From an uncultured Clostridia bacterium (lineage in GTDB: Bacteria > Bacillota > Clostridia > TANB77 > CAG-508): DNA of 64,000 nt. The translations under genes were made by a program, and so were the position numbers. The stretch is from contig CALXQH010000043.1 in the NCBI GenBank assembly GCA_944390525.1, positions 1,988 through 65,987 of the forward strand. Direction: 5' to 3'. This document shows positions 22,080 to 33,063 of the stretch, piece by piece (position 1 is the first letter of the stretch; the number at the start of each line of letters is the position of its first letter). The notes beneath the pieces were generated by a model. It saw only the letters and a program-made list of their open reading frames with translations. It ran no database searches and was not told where the DNA came from.

Positions 22080-23495
22080 GTGGGCGCAAATGAACTTTTT
22101 TACGCAGATATAATGGCAGTAAGTCCAGAAGTAACAGGCTCATGTAATTTGGTAATTGTAAAATTACCAAACAAAGAAACCATACGGTTTGTAGTGGATT
22201 GCGGCTTGTTTCAGGAAAGAGAATATGATAAATATAATTATACATTACCATTTAAAACTGAAGACATAGATTTTTGTTTGGTTACGCATAATCACATTGA
22301 CCATACAGGAAGATTGCCTTTTATGGTAAAAAAAGGATTCTTAGGAAGCATTTACGCAACTAATACAACTTGTAAGCTATTGCCATTAGCTCTAGAAGAT
22401 AGCTCTAGAGTCTTAAAGGATGTATCAAAACGAAAAAATGAACCCATTTTGTATGGAGAAAACGATGTAGAAAGAACATTAGAACTTTTAAAGCCATGTC
22501 ATTATAATGAGACAATTAATGTCAATGATAATGTAAAAGTTACTTTTTTAACTAATGGACATCTCATCGGAGCTGCACTAATATTAGTGCAAATACATTA
22601 TCCAAGGTATGACGACATTAATATTCTATTTACAGGAGATTACAATGACAAAAATTTATTTTTTGATGTTCATCATATTCCAAAATGGATTTTAAAATTG
22701 CCAATAACGGTAATACAGGAATCCACTTATGGCAATATGGATTCAACTGAAATAGAAAGGTGTTTTCAAAAAAACATTCTTGAATATGTTGAAAGAAATG
22801 GCACTATTGTTGTTCCAGTTTTTTCACTAGGTAGAGCACAAGAAATTCTGTATCAGCTAAAATGCATGCAAGATGAAGGAAATTTAAGTAAGAGCGTACC
22901 AATCTATTTAGATGGAAAATTAGCTATTAAATATACTATTTTGTACATTAATGATGGATTGGATATAAAAGAAGAGATGAGGGATTTTCTCCCAGAAAAT
23001 TTAACTTTTGTAAGTAAAACAGACAGGAATTCTATTTTAAAAGATTTAGAAGGAAAGATTATTCTTACTACATCAGGAATGGGCTCTTATGGACCTGCTC
23101 AAGTATATATACCAGAGTATATTACAAAAACAACATCTTTAATTCATTTCACAGGCTATACAGCAGAAGAAACACTTGGAAGACGATTGAAAGATACTGA
23201 AATTGGCGAAATTGTTGAAGTTGGAGGAGTGATTACTAAAAAGAGAGCAAGGGTAGAATATACAACAGAATATTCTGCTCATGCAAAAGCTGATGAGATG
23301 ATTAAGTTTTTAAAGCAGTTTAAAGACCTAAAATTAGTTTTAGTAAATCACGGAAAATTAGAAGCAAAAAATATTTTTGCACAACGGATTGTAGAAGAAG
23401 TTGAACCAAAAAAGGTAGGAGTGCTTGGAAGAGATTACTTTTTCAGAATAAATGCCTATGGCTTAATTAAAACATTGTCCACAAAATTTAAGTGA
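22080..23495 (+). CDS. MBL-fold beta-CASP family hydrolase (RNA-metabolising metallo-beta-lactamase type). Uses a GTG start.
   Basis: HxHxDH motif in VTHNHIDHTGR and a beta-CASP-like central region. The GTG start is preceded by RBS ggaggg. Confidence 0.65.
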   Translation: MGANELFYADIMAVSPEVTGSCNLVIVKLPNKETIRFVVDCGLFQEREYDKYNYTLPFKTEDIDFCLVTHNHIDHTGRLPFMVKKGFLGSIYATNTTCKLLPLALEDSSRVLKDVSKRKNEPILYGENDVERTLELLKPCHYNETINVNDNVKVTFLTNGHLIGAALILVQIHYPRYDDINILFTGDYNDKNLFFDVHHIPKWILKLPITVIQESTYGNMDSTEIERCFQKNILEYVERNGTIVVPVFSLGRAQEILYQLKCMQDEGNLSKSVPIYLDGKLAIKYTILYINDGLDIKEEMRDFLPENLTFVSKTDRNSILKDLEGKIILTTSGMGSYGPAQVYIPEYITKTTSLIHFTGYTAEETLGRRLKDTEIGEIVEVGGVITKKRARVEYTTEYSAHAKADEMIKFLKQFKDLKLVLVNHGKLEAKNIFAQRIVEEVEPKKVGVLGRDYFFRINAYGLIKTLSTKFK

Positions 23496-23502
23496 TTCTC
23501 AC

Positions 23503-23537
23503 GAGAGCATTCTAAGATAGAATGCTCTCATTCTATT
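23503..23537 (+). terminator. Terminator hairpin
   Basis: gagagcattct-aagat-agaatgctctc followed by tt-rich sequence. Confidence 0.55.
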
Positions 23538-23572
23538 TAAAAATAAAAAATTATAAAAAAGGAATGAGTTTA

Positions 23573-24457
23573 ATGGAAAAATCAAAAGTTTATTTTACAA
23601 AGGAGATAACTCCTGAAAGTGTAGTAAAAGTATTTGAAAAATTAGAAAAAAAGCTACCTGGAAAAGTAGCTGTAAAAGTTCATTCAGGAGAAGAAGGAAA
23701 TCAAAATTATCTTCAACCTGAATTTATGAAAAATATAATAGAAAAAGTAAATGGAACTGTAGTAGAATGCAATACAGCTTATGAAGGACAAAGAAATAAT
23801 ACGGAAAAACATAAAAAATTAATGAAAGATCATGGGTGGACTAAGTATTTTGATGTAGATATTATGGACGCTGAAAAAAACGATTTAGTTTTTGCAATTC
23901 CAAATGGAAAAATAATAAAAGAAAATTATGTTGGAAAAAATATTGTAAATTATGATTCGATGCTAGTATTATCACATTTTAAAGGACATCCTATGGGAGG
24001 TTATGGAGGAGCATTAAAACAATTATCAATTGGTTGTAGCTCATCTAGAGGAAAAGCTTGGATACATTCAGCAGGAAAAGAAAAAGATCAAACAAAAATA
24101 TGGGATAATTTACCTGAACAAAACAAATTTTTAGAAGCAATGGCAGAAAGTGCTTCTTCTATTGTTGATTATTTTAAGGGAAATATAGCTTTTATAAATA
24201 TTATGTGTAATATGTCTGTTGATTGTGACTGCTGTGCTATAGCAGAAGATCCTTGTATAAAAGATATTGGGATATTAGCTTCTTTAGATCCTGTTGCTAT
24301 AGATCAAGCTTGCATTGACCTAGTAAAAAATTCAAATGACAAAGGAAAAGCACATTTTTTAGAAAGAGTTGAATCAAGAAACGGTATGCACACAATAGAT
24401 GTAGCAGCAGATTTAAAAATTGGTTCAAAAGAGTATGAGCTAATAAATATTGATTAA
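23573..24457 (+). CDS. DUF362-like iron-sulfur-binding protein
   Basis: Cys cluster CNMSVDCDCCAIAEDPC. The start was chosen at the ATG with proper SD spacing. Confidence 0.55.
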   Translation: MEKSKVYFTKEITPESVVKVFEKLEKKLPGKVAVKVHSGEEGNQNYLQPEFMKNIIEKVNGTVVECNTAYEGQRNNTEKHKKLMKDHGWTKYFDVDIMDAEKNDLVFAIPNGKIIKENYVGKNIVNYDSMLVLSHFKGHPMGGYGGALKQLSIGCSSSRGKAWIHSAGKEKDQTKIWDNLPEQNKFLEAMAESASSIVDYFKGNIAFINIMCNMSVDCDCCAIAEDPCIKDIGILASLDPVAIDQACIDLVKNSNDKGKAHFLERVESRNGMHTIDVAADLKIGSKEYELINID

Positions 24458-24581
24458 ATTTTAATTTAAAATGAATATTAAAAAAAAAATATAGAAATAT
24501 ATAAAGAGAGTAATAATTTAATTTTACTTTCTTTTATTTTAATCAAAGATAAAAAAATAAATTTAAAAGGAGAAATGTGAT

Positions 24582-25556
24582 ATGTGTACAGCTATAACTT
24601 ATAAAACTAATGATTTTTATTTTGGACGTACATTAGATAATGAGATTTCTTATGGAGAGGAGATTGTTATAACACCACGAAACTATACATTCAATTTTAA
24701 AAAAGAAAAAAGTATAAAAGAACATTATGCTATAATAGGGATAGCATATGTACAAGACAATTATCCATTATATTATGATGCAGTAAATGAAAAAGGTTTA
24801 AGTATTGCAGGACTAAATTTTGTAGGAAATGCGGATTATAAAGAAGAAGTAAACAATAAAGATAATATAACTCAATTTGAATTTATACCTTGGATTCTTA
24901 GTAAATGTGAAACTGTAAAACAAGCAAAAGATTTAATAAAAAAAATAAACTTATTAAATATTTCATTTAATGAAAAATTGCCATTAGCACAATTACATTG
25001 GATTATTGCAGACAAAAAAGAAACTATAACTGTAGAGGCTGTAAAAGATGGAATTAAAATATATGAAAATGAAGTAGGAGTTTTAACCAATAATCCAACT
25101 TTTGATAAGCAAATATTTACTTTAAATAATTATATGTATTTATCAGCAAAAGAGCCAGAAAATAAATTTGCAAAAGGATTAAGTTTAGAACAATACAGTC
25201 GTGGAATGGGAGCAATTGGACTTCCAGGAGATTTATCATCTCAATCTAGATTTATAAGAGCAGCATTTATAAAAATGAACTCTATTTCTTGTAAAGAGGA
25301 AAAAGAAAGTGTTAGTCAATTTTTTCACATTCTTAATTCTGTTGATCAACAAAGAGGATGTTGCGATTTAGGAAATGGTAAATATGAAATAACAATTTAT
25401 TCTTCATGTTGTAATACTAATAAAGGAATTTATTATTATACAACTTATGATAACCATCAAATAAGTGCAATAGACATGAATAAAGAAAATTTAGTTGAAA
25501 ATATACTTATAAGATATCCATTAATAAAAGAAGAGCAAATAAAAATGCAAAATTAA
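24582..25556 (+). CDS. Choloylglycine hydrolase family Ntn-hydrolase (bile salt hydrolase / penicillin V acylase family)
   Basis: N-terminal MCTAITY, with the Cys2 nucleophile directly after Met. 324 aa, typical of the CGH/PVA family. Confidence 0.75.
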   Translation: MCTAITYKTNDFYFGRTLDNEISYGEEIVITPRNYTFNFKKEKSIKEHYAIIGIAYVQDNYPLYYDAVNEKGLSIAGLNFVGNADYKEEVNNKDNITQFEFIPWILSKCETVKQAKDLIKKINLLNISFNEKLPLAQLHWIIADKKETITVEAVKDGIKIYENEVGVLTNNPTFDKQIFTLNNYMYLSAKEPENKFAKGLSLEQYSRGMGAIGLPGDLSSQSRFIRAAFIKMNSISCKEEKESVSQFFHILNSVDQQRGCCDLGNGKYEITIYSSCCNTNKGIYYYTTYDNHQISAIDMNKENLVENILIRYPLIKEEQIKMQN

Positions 25557-25678
25557 ACAATGATGTTTTTACTTATTTGCTAATAAAAAATAAAAAACTA
25601 TACAAAAAAGCTACACAAAGAACAAAAAATATGGTAATATATACAAAAGTAAAATAAAAATAAAAGGAGGAATTAACT

Positions 25679-26404
25679 ATGTCAGGACATAGCAAATGGC
25701 ACAACATTCAAGCAAAAAAAGGAAAAGCAGATGCTGCTAGAGGAAAAATATTTACAAAATTAGGAAGAGAATTATTAATTGCAGTAAAAGCAGGTGGACC
25801 TGACCCGGCTAGTAATTCCAAACTAAAAGATGTAATAGCAAAATGTAAAGCAAATAACATGCCAAATGATACAATAAATAATGCAATTAAAAAAGCTTCA
25901 GGAGCTGGAAACAGTGAAAATTATGAAGAAATTATATATGAAGGTTATGGAACAAATGGAGTAGCTGTTATTGTAGAAGCAAGTACAGACAATAAAAATA
26001 GAACAGCAGCAGACGTACGTCATGCCTTTGATAAAGCAGGAGGAAATTTAGGTACTACTGGTTGTGTGTCATATCTATTTACCAAAAAAGGTGTAATTAT
26101 AATAGATAAAACAACAACAAAATTATCTGAAGATGATATGATGATGCTTGCATTAGACAATGGAGCAGAAGATTTTGAAGCAACAGATGAATGTTATGAA
26201 ATTACTACTTCACCAGAAGAGTTTTCAAAAGTAAGAGAAGCCTTAGAAGCACAAGGATTAGAATTTCTAGAAGCAGAAGTACAAATGGTACCATCTACAT
26301 ACATTCAATTAAGCGAAGCAGATGCACCAAAAATGCAAAGATTATTAGATATGTTAGAAGATTTAGATGATGTTATGAATGTATATCATAACTGGGAAGA
26401 ATAA
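25679..26404 (+). CDS. yebC: YebC/PmpR family transcriptional regulator
   Basis: N-terminal [31 protein letters not shown] is diagnostic of the family. Confidence 0.85.
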   Translation: MSGHSKWHNIQAKKGKADAARGKIFTKLGRELLIAVKAGGPDPASNSKLKDVIAKCKANNMPNDTINNAIKKASGAGNSENYEEIIYEGYGTNGVAVIVEASTDNKNRTAADVRHAFDKAGGNLGTTGCVSYLFTKKGVIIIDKTTTKLSEDDMMMLALDNGAEDFEATDECYEITTSPEEFSKVREALEAQGLEFLEAEVQMVPSTYIQLSEADAPKMQRLLDMLEDLDDVMNVYHNWEE

Positions 26405-26424
26405 TCAAAAATGGTTCTAAAATA

Positions 26425-26468
26425 AAAAACATAGCATATATATATTTATATATGCTATGTTTTTTATT
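26425..26468 (+). terminator. Terminator hairpin after yebC
   Basis: aaaaacatagcatata...tatatgctatgttttt. Confidence 0.55.
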
Positions 26469-26490
26469 TGTTTAAGAAAGGGTACAAGCT

Positions 26491-27384
26491 ATGGAAGAAA
26501 TATTAAAGTTTTTACCACAAATATTAAGAGAAAAAATAAAGCAAATTGATATGGCTAATATAGAAGAAATTAGAATTAGAATAGCAAAACCAGTTATATT
26601 AAAAAATAATATAGAAGAAAAATTAGTAGACTATATTACTTCTTCAGAAACTATATTGCAAATATTACAAAAAATATGTGACAATTCTTTATACTCATAT
26701 CAAAATCAAATTTGCGAAGGATTTATAACAATAAAGAATGGTCATCGTGTTGGAATTACGGGTAATGCAGTGGTAAGAGAAGGAAAAGTAATTACGTTAA
26801 ACTATATTAGTAGTTTAAATTTTAGAATAGCGAGACAAATATTAGACTGTGGCTATAAAGCACTTACATATATATTAAACAACAATAAAGTGTGGAATAC
26901 TTTAATAGTTTCTCCACCAGGAATTGGAAAAACCACTTTATTAAAAGATATAATTAAAAAAATTAGTAATGGAATTCCAGAAATGAATTTTAAAGGAATT
27001 ACTTGTGGAGTAGTAGATGAAAGAGGAGAAATTTCTGCTACATATAAAGGAATAACACAAAATGATTTAGGAATTAGAACAGATGTAATTGATAACATTC
27101 CAAAAGCTCTTGGAATGAAGATGTTAGTTAGATCTATGAGTCCAAAAGTAATAATAGCCGATGAAATTGGAAATAAAGAAGATATAGAAGCTATTGAATA
27201 TGCAGTGAGTTCAGGTGTTAATGGAATATTTACTGCTCATGGAGAAAATTTGGAGCAAATAAAAGACAATCCAATATTAAATCAATTAATTTTAAAAAAT
27301 TATATAGATAGAATACTTATTTTAGACAGTCAAAGAAGTGTACATTTAGTATATGACAAATATAACCAAAAAAAAGCTATTTAG
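26491..27384 (+). CDS. spoIIIAA: Stage III sporulation protein AA (ATPase)
   Basis: Walker A SPPGIGKTT. First gene of an 8-gene spoIIIA-like operon. Confidence 0.8.
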   Translation: MEEILKFLPQILREKIKQIDMANIEEIRIRIAKPVILKNNIEEKLVDYITSSETILQILQKICDNSLYSYQNQICEGFITIKNGHRVGITGNAVVREGKVITLNYISSLNFRIARQILDCGYKALTYILNNNKVWNTLIVSPPGIGKTTLLKDIIKKISNGIPEMNFKGITCGVVDERGEISATYKGITQNDLGIRTDVIDNIPKALGMKMLVRSMSPKVIIADEIGNKEDIEAIEYAVSSGVNGIFTAHGENLEQIKDNPILNQLILKNYIDRILILDSQRSVHLVYDKYNQKKAI

Positions 27385-27396
27385 GAGGAAGATAAA

Positions 27397-27906
27397 ATGA
27401 TAATTTTAAAATTACTTATATTGTCAATAATTATAGGATTAAGTAGTGCAATAGGAATACTTTTTTCTAAAAAATATGTTAATAGAGAAAAAGAACTTAA
27501 GGAAATGAAAAATTCTCTTAATATATTTGCTACAAAAATTAAATTTACATATGAAACAGTACCAAATGTATTTATGGAAATATCAAACAAAATAGAAGGA
27601 AATATAGGAAATATATTTGCTAGAGCTGTAAATAGAATGAAAGAAATACCAGCAGGAGAAGCATGGATACAAGCATTAGAAGAAACAAAGTATAATCTAA
27701 ACAAGGAAGATATTAGTGTAATAAAAAATTTAGGAAGAATGCTAGGACAAACTGATTTAGAAGGACAAATTAGTGAAATAGAAACAGTAAATGAATTTTT
27801 AACTTCACAATTAGAAAATGCTAGAGAAGAAAGAAAAAAAAATGAAAAAATGTATAGAACTTTAGGTTTAGTTTGTGGATTAACTATAGCTATTATATTA
27901 ATTTAA
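27397..27906 (+). CDS. spoIIIAB: Stage III sporulation protein AB
   Basis: 169 aa with N- and C-terminal TM helices. Size and position match SpoIIIAB. Confidence 0.7.
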   Translation: MIILKLLILSIIIGLSSAIGILFSKKYVNREKELKEMKNSLNIFATKIKFTYETVPNVFMEISNKIEGNIGNIFARAVNRMKEIPAGEAWIQALEETKYNLNKEDISVIKNLGRMLGQTDLEGQISEIETVNEFLTSQLENAREERKKNEKMYRTLGLVCGLTIAIILI

Positions 27907-27923
27907 AAAGAGGAAGGTTTATT

Positions 27924-28118
27924 ATGGATATTAGTTTACTATTTAAAATTGCAGCAATAGGAATTTTAGTAGCGGTATTATATCAAGTATTAGTAAGAGC
28001 AGGGAGAGAAGATCAAGCAATGATGACTACATTAGCAGGTTTGGTAATTGTTTTAACATTAGTAATCAAAGAAATTAGTACACTTTTTACTAGTGTTAGG
28101 ACAATGTTTGGATTATAA
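27924..28118 (+). CDS. spoIIIAC: Stage III sporulation protein AC
   Basis: 64 aa, two TM helices, RBS agaggaagg. The start was trimmed from the longer ORF beginning at 27873. Confidence 0.7.
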   Translation: MDISLLFKIAAIGILVAVLYQVLVRAGREDQAMMTTLAGLVIVLTLVIKEISTLFTSVRTMFGL

Positions 28119-28135
28119 AAATAAAGAGGTATAAA

Positions 28136-28522
28136 ATGGATATTATTAAAATAATTGGAGTTGGATTGATTGCTTTAATTATTATTATGATAGTAAAACA
28201 ATATAGACCAGAATTTGTATTATATGTTACTTTACTAGCTGGAGTATTAATTTTAATGATGATTATGGACAAAATAGGTACAATAATTAATTTATTAACA
28301 GCTTTATCTAACAAAACAGCAATAAATAACGAATTCTTAATATTATTAATAAAAATCACAGGAATAGCATTTTTAACTGAATTTACTGTAAGTATTTGTA
28401 AAGACACAGGAGAAACAGCCATTGCAAATAGAGTAGATTTAGGAGGCAAAGTTATAATTATTTCTATGTCAATACCTATTATAGCTAGTCTGCTGGAGAC
28501 AATTTTAAAACTATTGCCATAA
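28136..28522 (+). CDS. spoIIIAD: Stage III sporulation protein AD
   Basis: 128 aa polytopic membrane protein. Confidence 0.7.
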   Translation: MDIIKIIGVGLIALIIIMIVKQYRPEFVLYVTLLAGVLILMMIMDKIGTIINLLTALSNKTAINNEFLILLIKITGIAFLTEFTVSICKDTGETAIANRVDLGGKVIIISMSIPIIASLLETILKLLP

Positions 28523-28548
28523 AGGAGGCAAATATTATATTAAAACAA

Positions 28549-29700
28549 ATGAAAAAAATATTTATTTTTGTTATTGTATTTTTAGCCATTTTAACAACCT
28601 GTAGTTTTGCAACAGAAACAACAAGTGAGGATATTTTAAATTCTCAGCAAGAAGAATTAAATATTTCTAGTTTTATTAAGGAAGCCCAAAAGTATACAGA
28701 AAATAACTTTGAAGAGATAAAAATAAATGAATTATTTACATCAGCCATTACAGGAAAAATAGATAACAGTACTATTATAAAAAGTATTATTAGCATAATA
28801 GGAAAAGAAATATTAAACTGCATCACTGTTTTAGGAAGCATAATTATAATTATTGTTATACATAGTATTTTAAAAAGTATAAGCGAAGGACTAGAAAACA
28901 AAAGTGTAGCACAAATTACATACTATGTACAATATATTTTAATTGTTACTCTAATAATGACTAATTTTGCTGAAGTTTTACAAATGGTAAAAACAAGTAT
29001 TCAAAACTTAGTAGGTTTTATGAACAGTTTAGTACCATTATTAATAACTTTAATGCTAACAACAGGAAACATTGCTTCAGCAAGTTTATTAGAACCAATA
29101 ATACTATTTATAATATCTTTTATTGGTAATTTTATAACAACAATAATACTTCCATTTGTGCTAGTTTCTATAGCTTTAAGTATAGTTTCAAAAGTATCTA
29201 ATAGAATACAAGTAGATAAACTTTCAAAATTTTTTAATTCTACAGTGATATGGATATTAGGAATTGTACTTACTTTATTTGTAGGATTAATTTCAGTTGA
29301 AGGAAGCCTAAGTAGTACAGTAGATGGAATTACAGCAAAAACTACTAAAGCAGCAGTTTCTAATTTTATACCTGTGGTAGGCAAAATTTTGGGAGATGCT
29401 GTAGACACTGTAATGGGATGTAGCAATATTTTAAAAAATGCAGTTGGTATTGTAGGTGTAGTCATTATAATTACAATATGCGTTGAGCCTGTAATAAAAT
29501 TGGCAATATTAATGGGTTTGTATTATTTAGTAGGAGCTATATGCCAACCAATAGCAGATGAAAAAATTGTTAAATTATTAGAAGAGATAGGAAATACTTT
29601 TAAAATATTACTTGCAATTATGTGTAGCATATCTGTAATGCTAATAATAGGAACAACATTAGTTATTAAAGTTACTAACAGTAGTTTAATGTATAGATAA
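28549..29700 (+). CDS. spoIIIAE: Stage III sporulation protein AE
   Basis: 383 aa with a signal peptide and multiple TM helices. Confidence 0.75.
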   Translation: MKKIFIFVIVFLAILTTCSFATETTSEDILNSQQEELNISSFIKEAQKYTENNFEEIKINELFTSAITGKIDNSTIIKSIISIIGKEILNCITVLGSIIIIIVIHSILKSISEGLENKSVAQITYYVQYILIVTLIMTNFAEVLQMVKTSIQNLVGFMNSLVPLLITLMLTTGNIASASLLEPIILFIISFIGNFITTIILPFVLVSIALSIVSKVSNRIQVDKLSKFFNSTVIWILGIVLTLFVGLISVEGSLSSTVDGITAKTTKAAVSNFIPVVGKILGDAVDTVMGCSNILKNAVGIVGVVIIITICVEPVIKLAILMGLYYLVGAICQPIADEKIVKLLEEIGNTFKILLAIMCSISVMLIIGTTLVIKVTNSSLMYR

Positions 29701-29725
29701 ATTTATTTTATAAAGGAAATTAAAT

Positions 29726-30328
29726 ATGGATTGGATAAGTAGCTGGATACAAGGAATAATAATTGCAGTTATAATAAGTACTATTATTGAAATGATATTA
29801 CCAGAAGGAAATTGCAAAAAATATATTAAAGTTGTAATAGGAGTGTATATACTGTTTTCTATAATTTCACCAATAATTACAAAAGTTACAGGAAATGAGT
29901 TTAGAGTATCAGATATATTTGATTTAGGAAGATATATAGAAGTATCAACTGAAGATACACAAACAAATATAGAAAATAATCAATTAAATCAAATAAAACA
30001 AGTATACATATCTAATTTAAAAAATGATATAAAACAAAAAGTAGAGCAAAAAGGATATAAAATAAAAAATATTAATATAGAAGTTGAAAATAACAATGAA
30101 TATACCCTAAAAAATATAACATTACAGATATATAAAAGTGAAGAGGAAAATACAACAAATCAGATAGAAACAGTTGATAAAATTGAAATTCAAATTACAA
30201 ATAATGAAAATAATACAATAGATAGCAATAAAGAAACTATAAATATTTCTTCTAAAGAAAAAGAAGAATTAAAAGAATATTTAAGTAATACATATAGCTT
30301 AAACGAAGAAAAAATAAACATAAATTAA
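29726..30328 (+). CDS. spoIIIAF: Stage III sporulation protein AF
   Basis: 200 aa with 2 N-terminal TM helices and a soluble domain. Confidence 0.65.
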   Translation: MDWISSWIQGIIIAVIISTIIEMILPEGNCKKYIKVVIGVYILFSIISPIITKVTGNEFRVSDIFDLGRYIEVSTEDTQTNIENNQLNQIKQVYISNLKNDIKQKVEQKGYKIKNINIEVENNNEYTLKNITLQIYKSEEENTTNQIETVDKIEIQITNNENNTIDSNKETINISSKEKEELKEYLSNTYSLNEEKININ

Positions 30329-30341
30329 AAGGAGGAGATAT

Positions 30342-30953
30342 ATGATTAAAGAAAAATTAAAAAAATTAATTTCTAAAATAGAAGGAGAAGATAATAAGAA
30401 AAAAATTGAAAGTTTAGTATTTCTTTTAATTATATTAATTGTAGTTTTAGTTGCAATAAATTTAATATGGAATGATAATAAACAAAAAGAAACTGATAGT
30501 AGTAGTAAAGAACTAGCTATAGAAGATGATACAATAAATACAAAAAGCATAAATGCTACTAAAGATACACTTACAAGTGAACTAGAAGATATACTACAAA
30601 AAATAAACGGTGTAGGAAAAGTAAAGGTTTTAATTACATACTCGCAAACAAGTCAAACCATACCATTATATAATGAAGATACTACACAAAAAGATACAGA
30701 AGAACAAGACACTAATGGAGGTACTAGAAAGATAACTGAAACAGATGTAAAAAAAGATATTATTTACCAAGAGTCAAATGGAGAAAAAGTGCCTATAACA
30801 CAAAGCGTTATTAGCCCAAAAATTGAAGGAGCTATTATAACTGCCCAAGGGGCTTCTAATACAAATATAAAAGCTAATATTATTCAAGCAGTAGAAGCTG
30901 TTACTGGGCTAGCATCTCATAAAATTCAAGTTTTTACTATGAGTACGGAATAA
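30342..30953 (+). CDS. spoIIIAG: Stage III sporulation protein AG
   Basis: 203 aa with one TM helix, an acidic linker, and a C-terminal ring-building-motif-like domain. Confidence 0.7.
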   Translation: MIKEKLKKLISKIEGEDNKKKIESLVFLLIILIVVLVAINLIWNDNKQKETDSSSKELAIEDDTINTKSINATKDTLTSELEDILQKINGVGKVKVLITYSQTSQTIPLYNEDTTQKDTEEQDTNGGTRKITETDVKKDIIYQESNGEKVPITQSVISPKIEGAIITAQGASNTNIKANIIQAVEAVTGLASHKIQVFTMSTE

Positions 30954-31021
30954 TTCTTTTGAGTTTTTACATTAACTTACTTAGAAATAATATAATAAAA
31001 GAAAAAGGATGGTAAATTTTT

Positions 31022-31651
31022 ATGAAAATTTTTAAAAAAAACCAAGTAGTTATTTTTGTAATTGCACTAATGTTTATTACAGCAGGATATTTAAATTTTA
31101 CAAATCAAAAAAGAGAAGAAGATAATTTGATACCTACAAGTAGTTTGGCAGATTCTGAGCAAATGGCAGCAATTGGAGATGCCAAGTTAGTAAGTGCTGA
31201 AGAAACAACACAAAACCAAGAAAACAACATAATTGTAAATGAAGAATCAAACAATTTACAAAATGAACAAATTAGTACAGTTGACAAAGAGCCTACACTG
31301 GAAGATAGCTATTTTACACAATCAAAATTAGATAGAGATAATATGTATTCACAAATGCTAGAAAATTATCAAAAAATATTAGAAACTAGCAATTTAACTT
31401 CAGAAGAAAAGACGAATACTCAAAATGAAATAAAAAGAATAAACAACGAAAAAAATGCTATTATGATAGCAGAAAATTTAATAAAAACAAAAGGTTTTTC
31501 AGATGTAGTTATTTTTGTTAACAATACAAATGTAACAGCAGTTATAAAAACGGAAAGCTTAAATGAGCAATCAATAGCGCAAATTCAAAATATTATTACT
31601 AGAGAATTAGATGTAAAAACTAATAAAATTAATATTAGTAATAAAAAATAA
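31022..31651 (+). CDS. spoIIIAH: Stage III sporulation protein AH
   Basis: 209 aa with one TM helix and a C-terminal YscJ/FliF-like domain. Last gene of the operon. Confidence 0.7.
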   Translation: MKIFKKNQVVIFVIALMFITAGYLNFTNQKREEDNLIPTSSLADSEQMAAIGDAKLVSAEETTQNQENNIIVNEESNNLQNEQISTVDKEPTLEDSYFTQSKLDRDNMYSQMLENYQKILETSNLTSEEKTNTQNEIKRINNEKNAIMIAENLIKTKGFSDVVIFVNNTNVTAVIKTESLNEQSIAQIQNIITRELDVKTNKINISNKK

Positions 31652-31805
31652 TAAAATTTAATAAATATGATATTTTTTTAATTTGATAATTATAAATCAA
31701 ATAATAAAATTTATCATATTTTTATTGTATTTTTTTTATTTATTGATATAATAAATAAAAAAACAACAAACTGGGTTTGTAAAATTTGAAAGGATGAAAT
31801 TAATT

Positions 31806-32948
31806 ATGGTAAAAAAAGTAGCTATTTTAGCTAATGGCGGAGATGTTTCAGGATTTAATGCGGTAATACGTGCTATTATAAAAACTGCAGAAAACAATAA
31901 TGTAGAATGTTATGGATTTATAGACGGATATAGAGGATTATTAGAAAATAATTATGTTCAACTATGTACTAATGCTACAGGAAATGCTATAGGAATATTG
32001 CCAAAAGGAGGTTCTATAATAGGATCTTCTACAAATGCAAATGTATTTTGTTATCCAGTAGAGGAGAATGGAGAAATAGTATACAAAGATTTATCAGATA
32101 GATGTGTGGAAAACATAAAAAAAGATGGTATTGATTGTTTATTTACTTTAGGGGGAGACGGAACTCAAAAATCAGCTAGAGATTTATCTTTAAAAGGAAT
32201 AAATATAATAGGAGTCCCAAAAACAATAGATAATGATGTTGCTTGTACAGAAATTACATTTGGATACAATACTGCTGTATCTGTTGCTGCAGAAGCTCTA
32301 GATAGACTTCATACAACAGGAGCAACACATCATAGAATTATGGTTCTAGAAGTTATGGGAAGATATGCTGGCTGGATAGCCTTAGAGTCAGCTATTGCTG
32401 GTGGAGCAGATGTTGCATTAATTCCAGAAATTCCATATGATATAAATAGTGCAGCTAGAAAAGTTCTAAATCGCAAAAAAAGAGGAAAAGAGTTTAGTAT
32501 TGTAGTAGTTGCAGAAGGGGCAAAGCCAAAAGATGGAGACATTAGTGTAAGATCAGTAAGAAACAAAGGAAAAGGAGTAGACAACAACAAATTAGGAGGA
32601 GCTGGTGAAAAGGTAGCAGAACAATTACAACAATTAACTGGATTAGAAGCAAGATGTACAGTATTAGGATATATGCAAAGAGGAGGAAGCCCAACATCAT
32701 TTGATAGAGTGCTTTCTACTAAGTATGGTGCAAAAGCTATGGAACTTGCACTAGAAGGAAAGTTTAATACTTTAACAGTAATTAAAGATGGAAAACTAGA
32801 TAGCGTTCCTTTGGAATTAGTTGTAGGAGAAAATAAAGAAATAGGAGCAGTTTCAGGAAATACACCAACAAGTAATATTAGAAAAGTAAATTTAGACCAC
32901 GATTTAGTAAAAACAGCAAGACATATTGGGATAAATTTGGGAGATTAA
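31806..32948 (+). CDS. pfkA: 6-phosphofructokinase
   Basis: MVKKVAILANGGDVSGFNAV, GGDGTQKSA and MGRYAGWIAL are PFK family motifs. The start was chosen at the ATG with aaagga spacing. Confidence 0.8.
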   Translation: MVKKVAILANGGDVSGFNAVIRAIIKTAENNNVECYGFIDGYRGLLENNYVQLCTNATGNAIGILPKGGSIIGSSTNANVFCYPVEENGEIVYKDLSDRCVENIKKDGIDCLFTLGGDGTQKSARDLSLKGINIIGVPKTIDNDVACTEITFGYNTAVSVAAEALDRLHTTGATHHRIMVLEVMGRYAGWIALESAIAGGADVALIPEIPYDINSAARKVLNRKKRGKEFSIVVVAEGAKPKDGDISVRSVRNKGKGVDNNKLGGAGEKVAEQLQQLTGLEARCTVLGYMQRGGSPTSFDRVLSTKYGAKAMELALEGKFNTLTVIKDGKLDSVPLELVVGENKEIGAVSGNTPTSNIRKVNLDHDLVKTARHIGINLGD

Positions 32949-32963
32949 AATAAAACACTCTGC

Positions 32964-32996
32964 AAAAAATACAACAATATTGTTGTATTTTTTATA
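32964..32996 (+). terminator. Rho-independent terminator after pfk
   Basis: aaaaaatacaacaa-tat-ttgttgtatttttt. Confidence 0.65.
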
Positions 32997-33063
32997 TTTA
33001 CTGGTATAATATAAGCAGAAAGCAAAAAATATACATAAAAAATAAGAAAGGGCGTAACAATAA

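Noticed and set aside
26405-26490. A sigma-E-type promoter upstream of spoIIIAA.
   Set aside because: The region contains ATATT-like -35 candidates. No convincing CATACA-T -10 element at the right spacing could be identified by eye, so it is left uncalled.
31652-31793. AT-rich palindromic stretches upstream of pfk (for example tttgataattataaatcaaat).
   Set aside because: The arms are short and imperfect in DNA of about 15% GC. They are indistinguishable from chance.
33000-33063. A possible T-box leader upstream of argS, and similarly for metG and the tRNA ligases in general.
   Set aside because: The leaders are only about 115-130 nt. That is too short for a specifier, stem I, and the T-box antiterminator. 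No AGGGUGGNACCGCG-like T-box sequence is visible.
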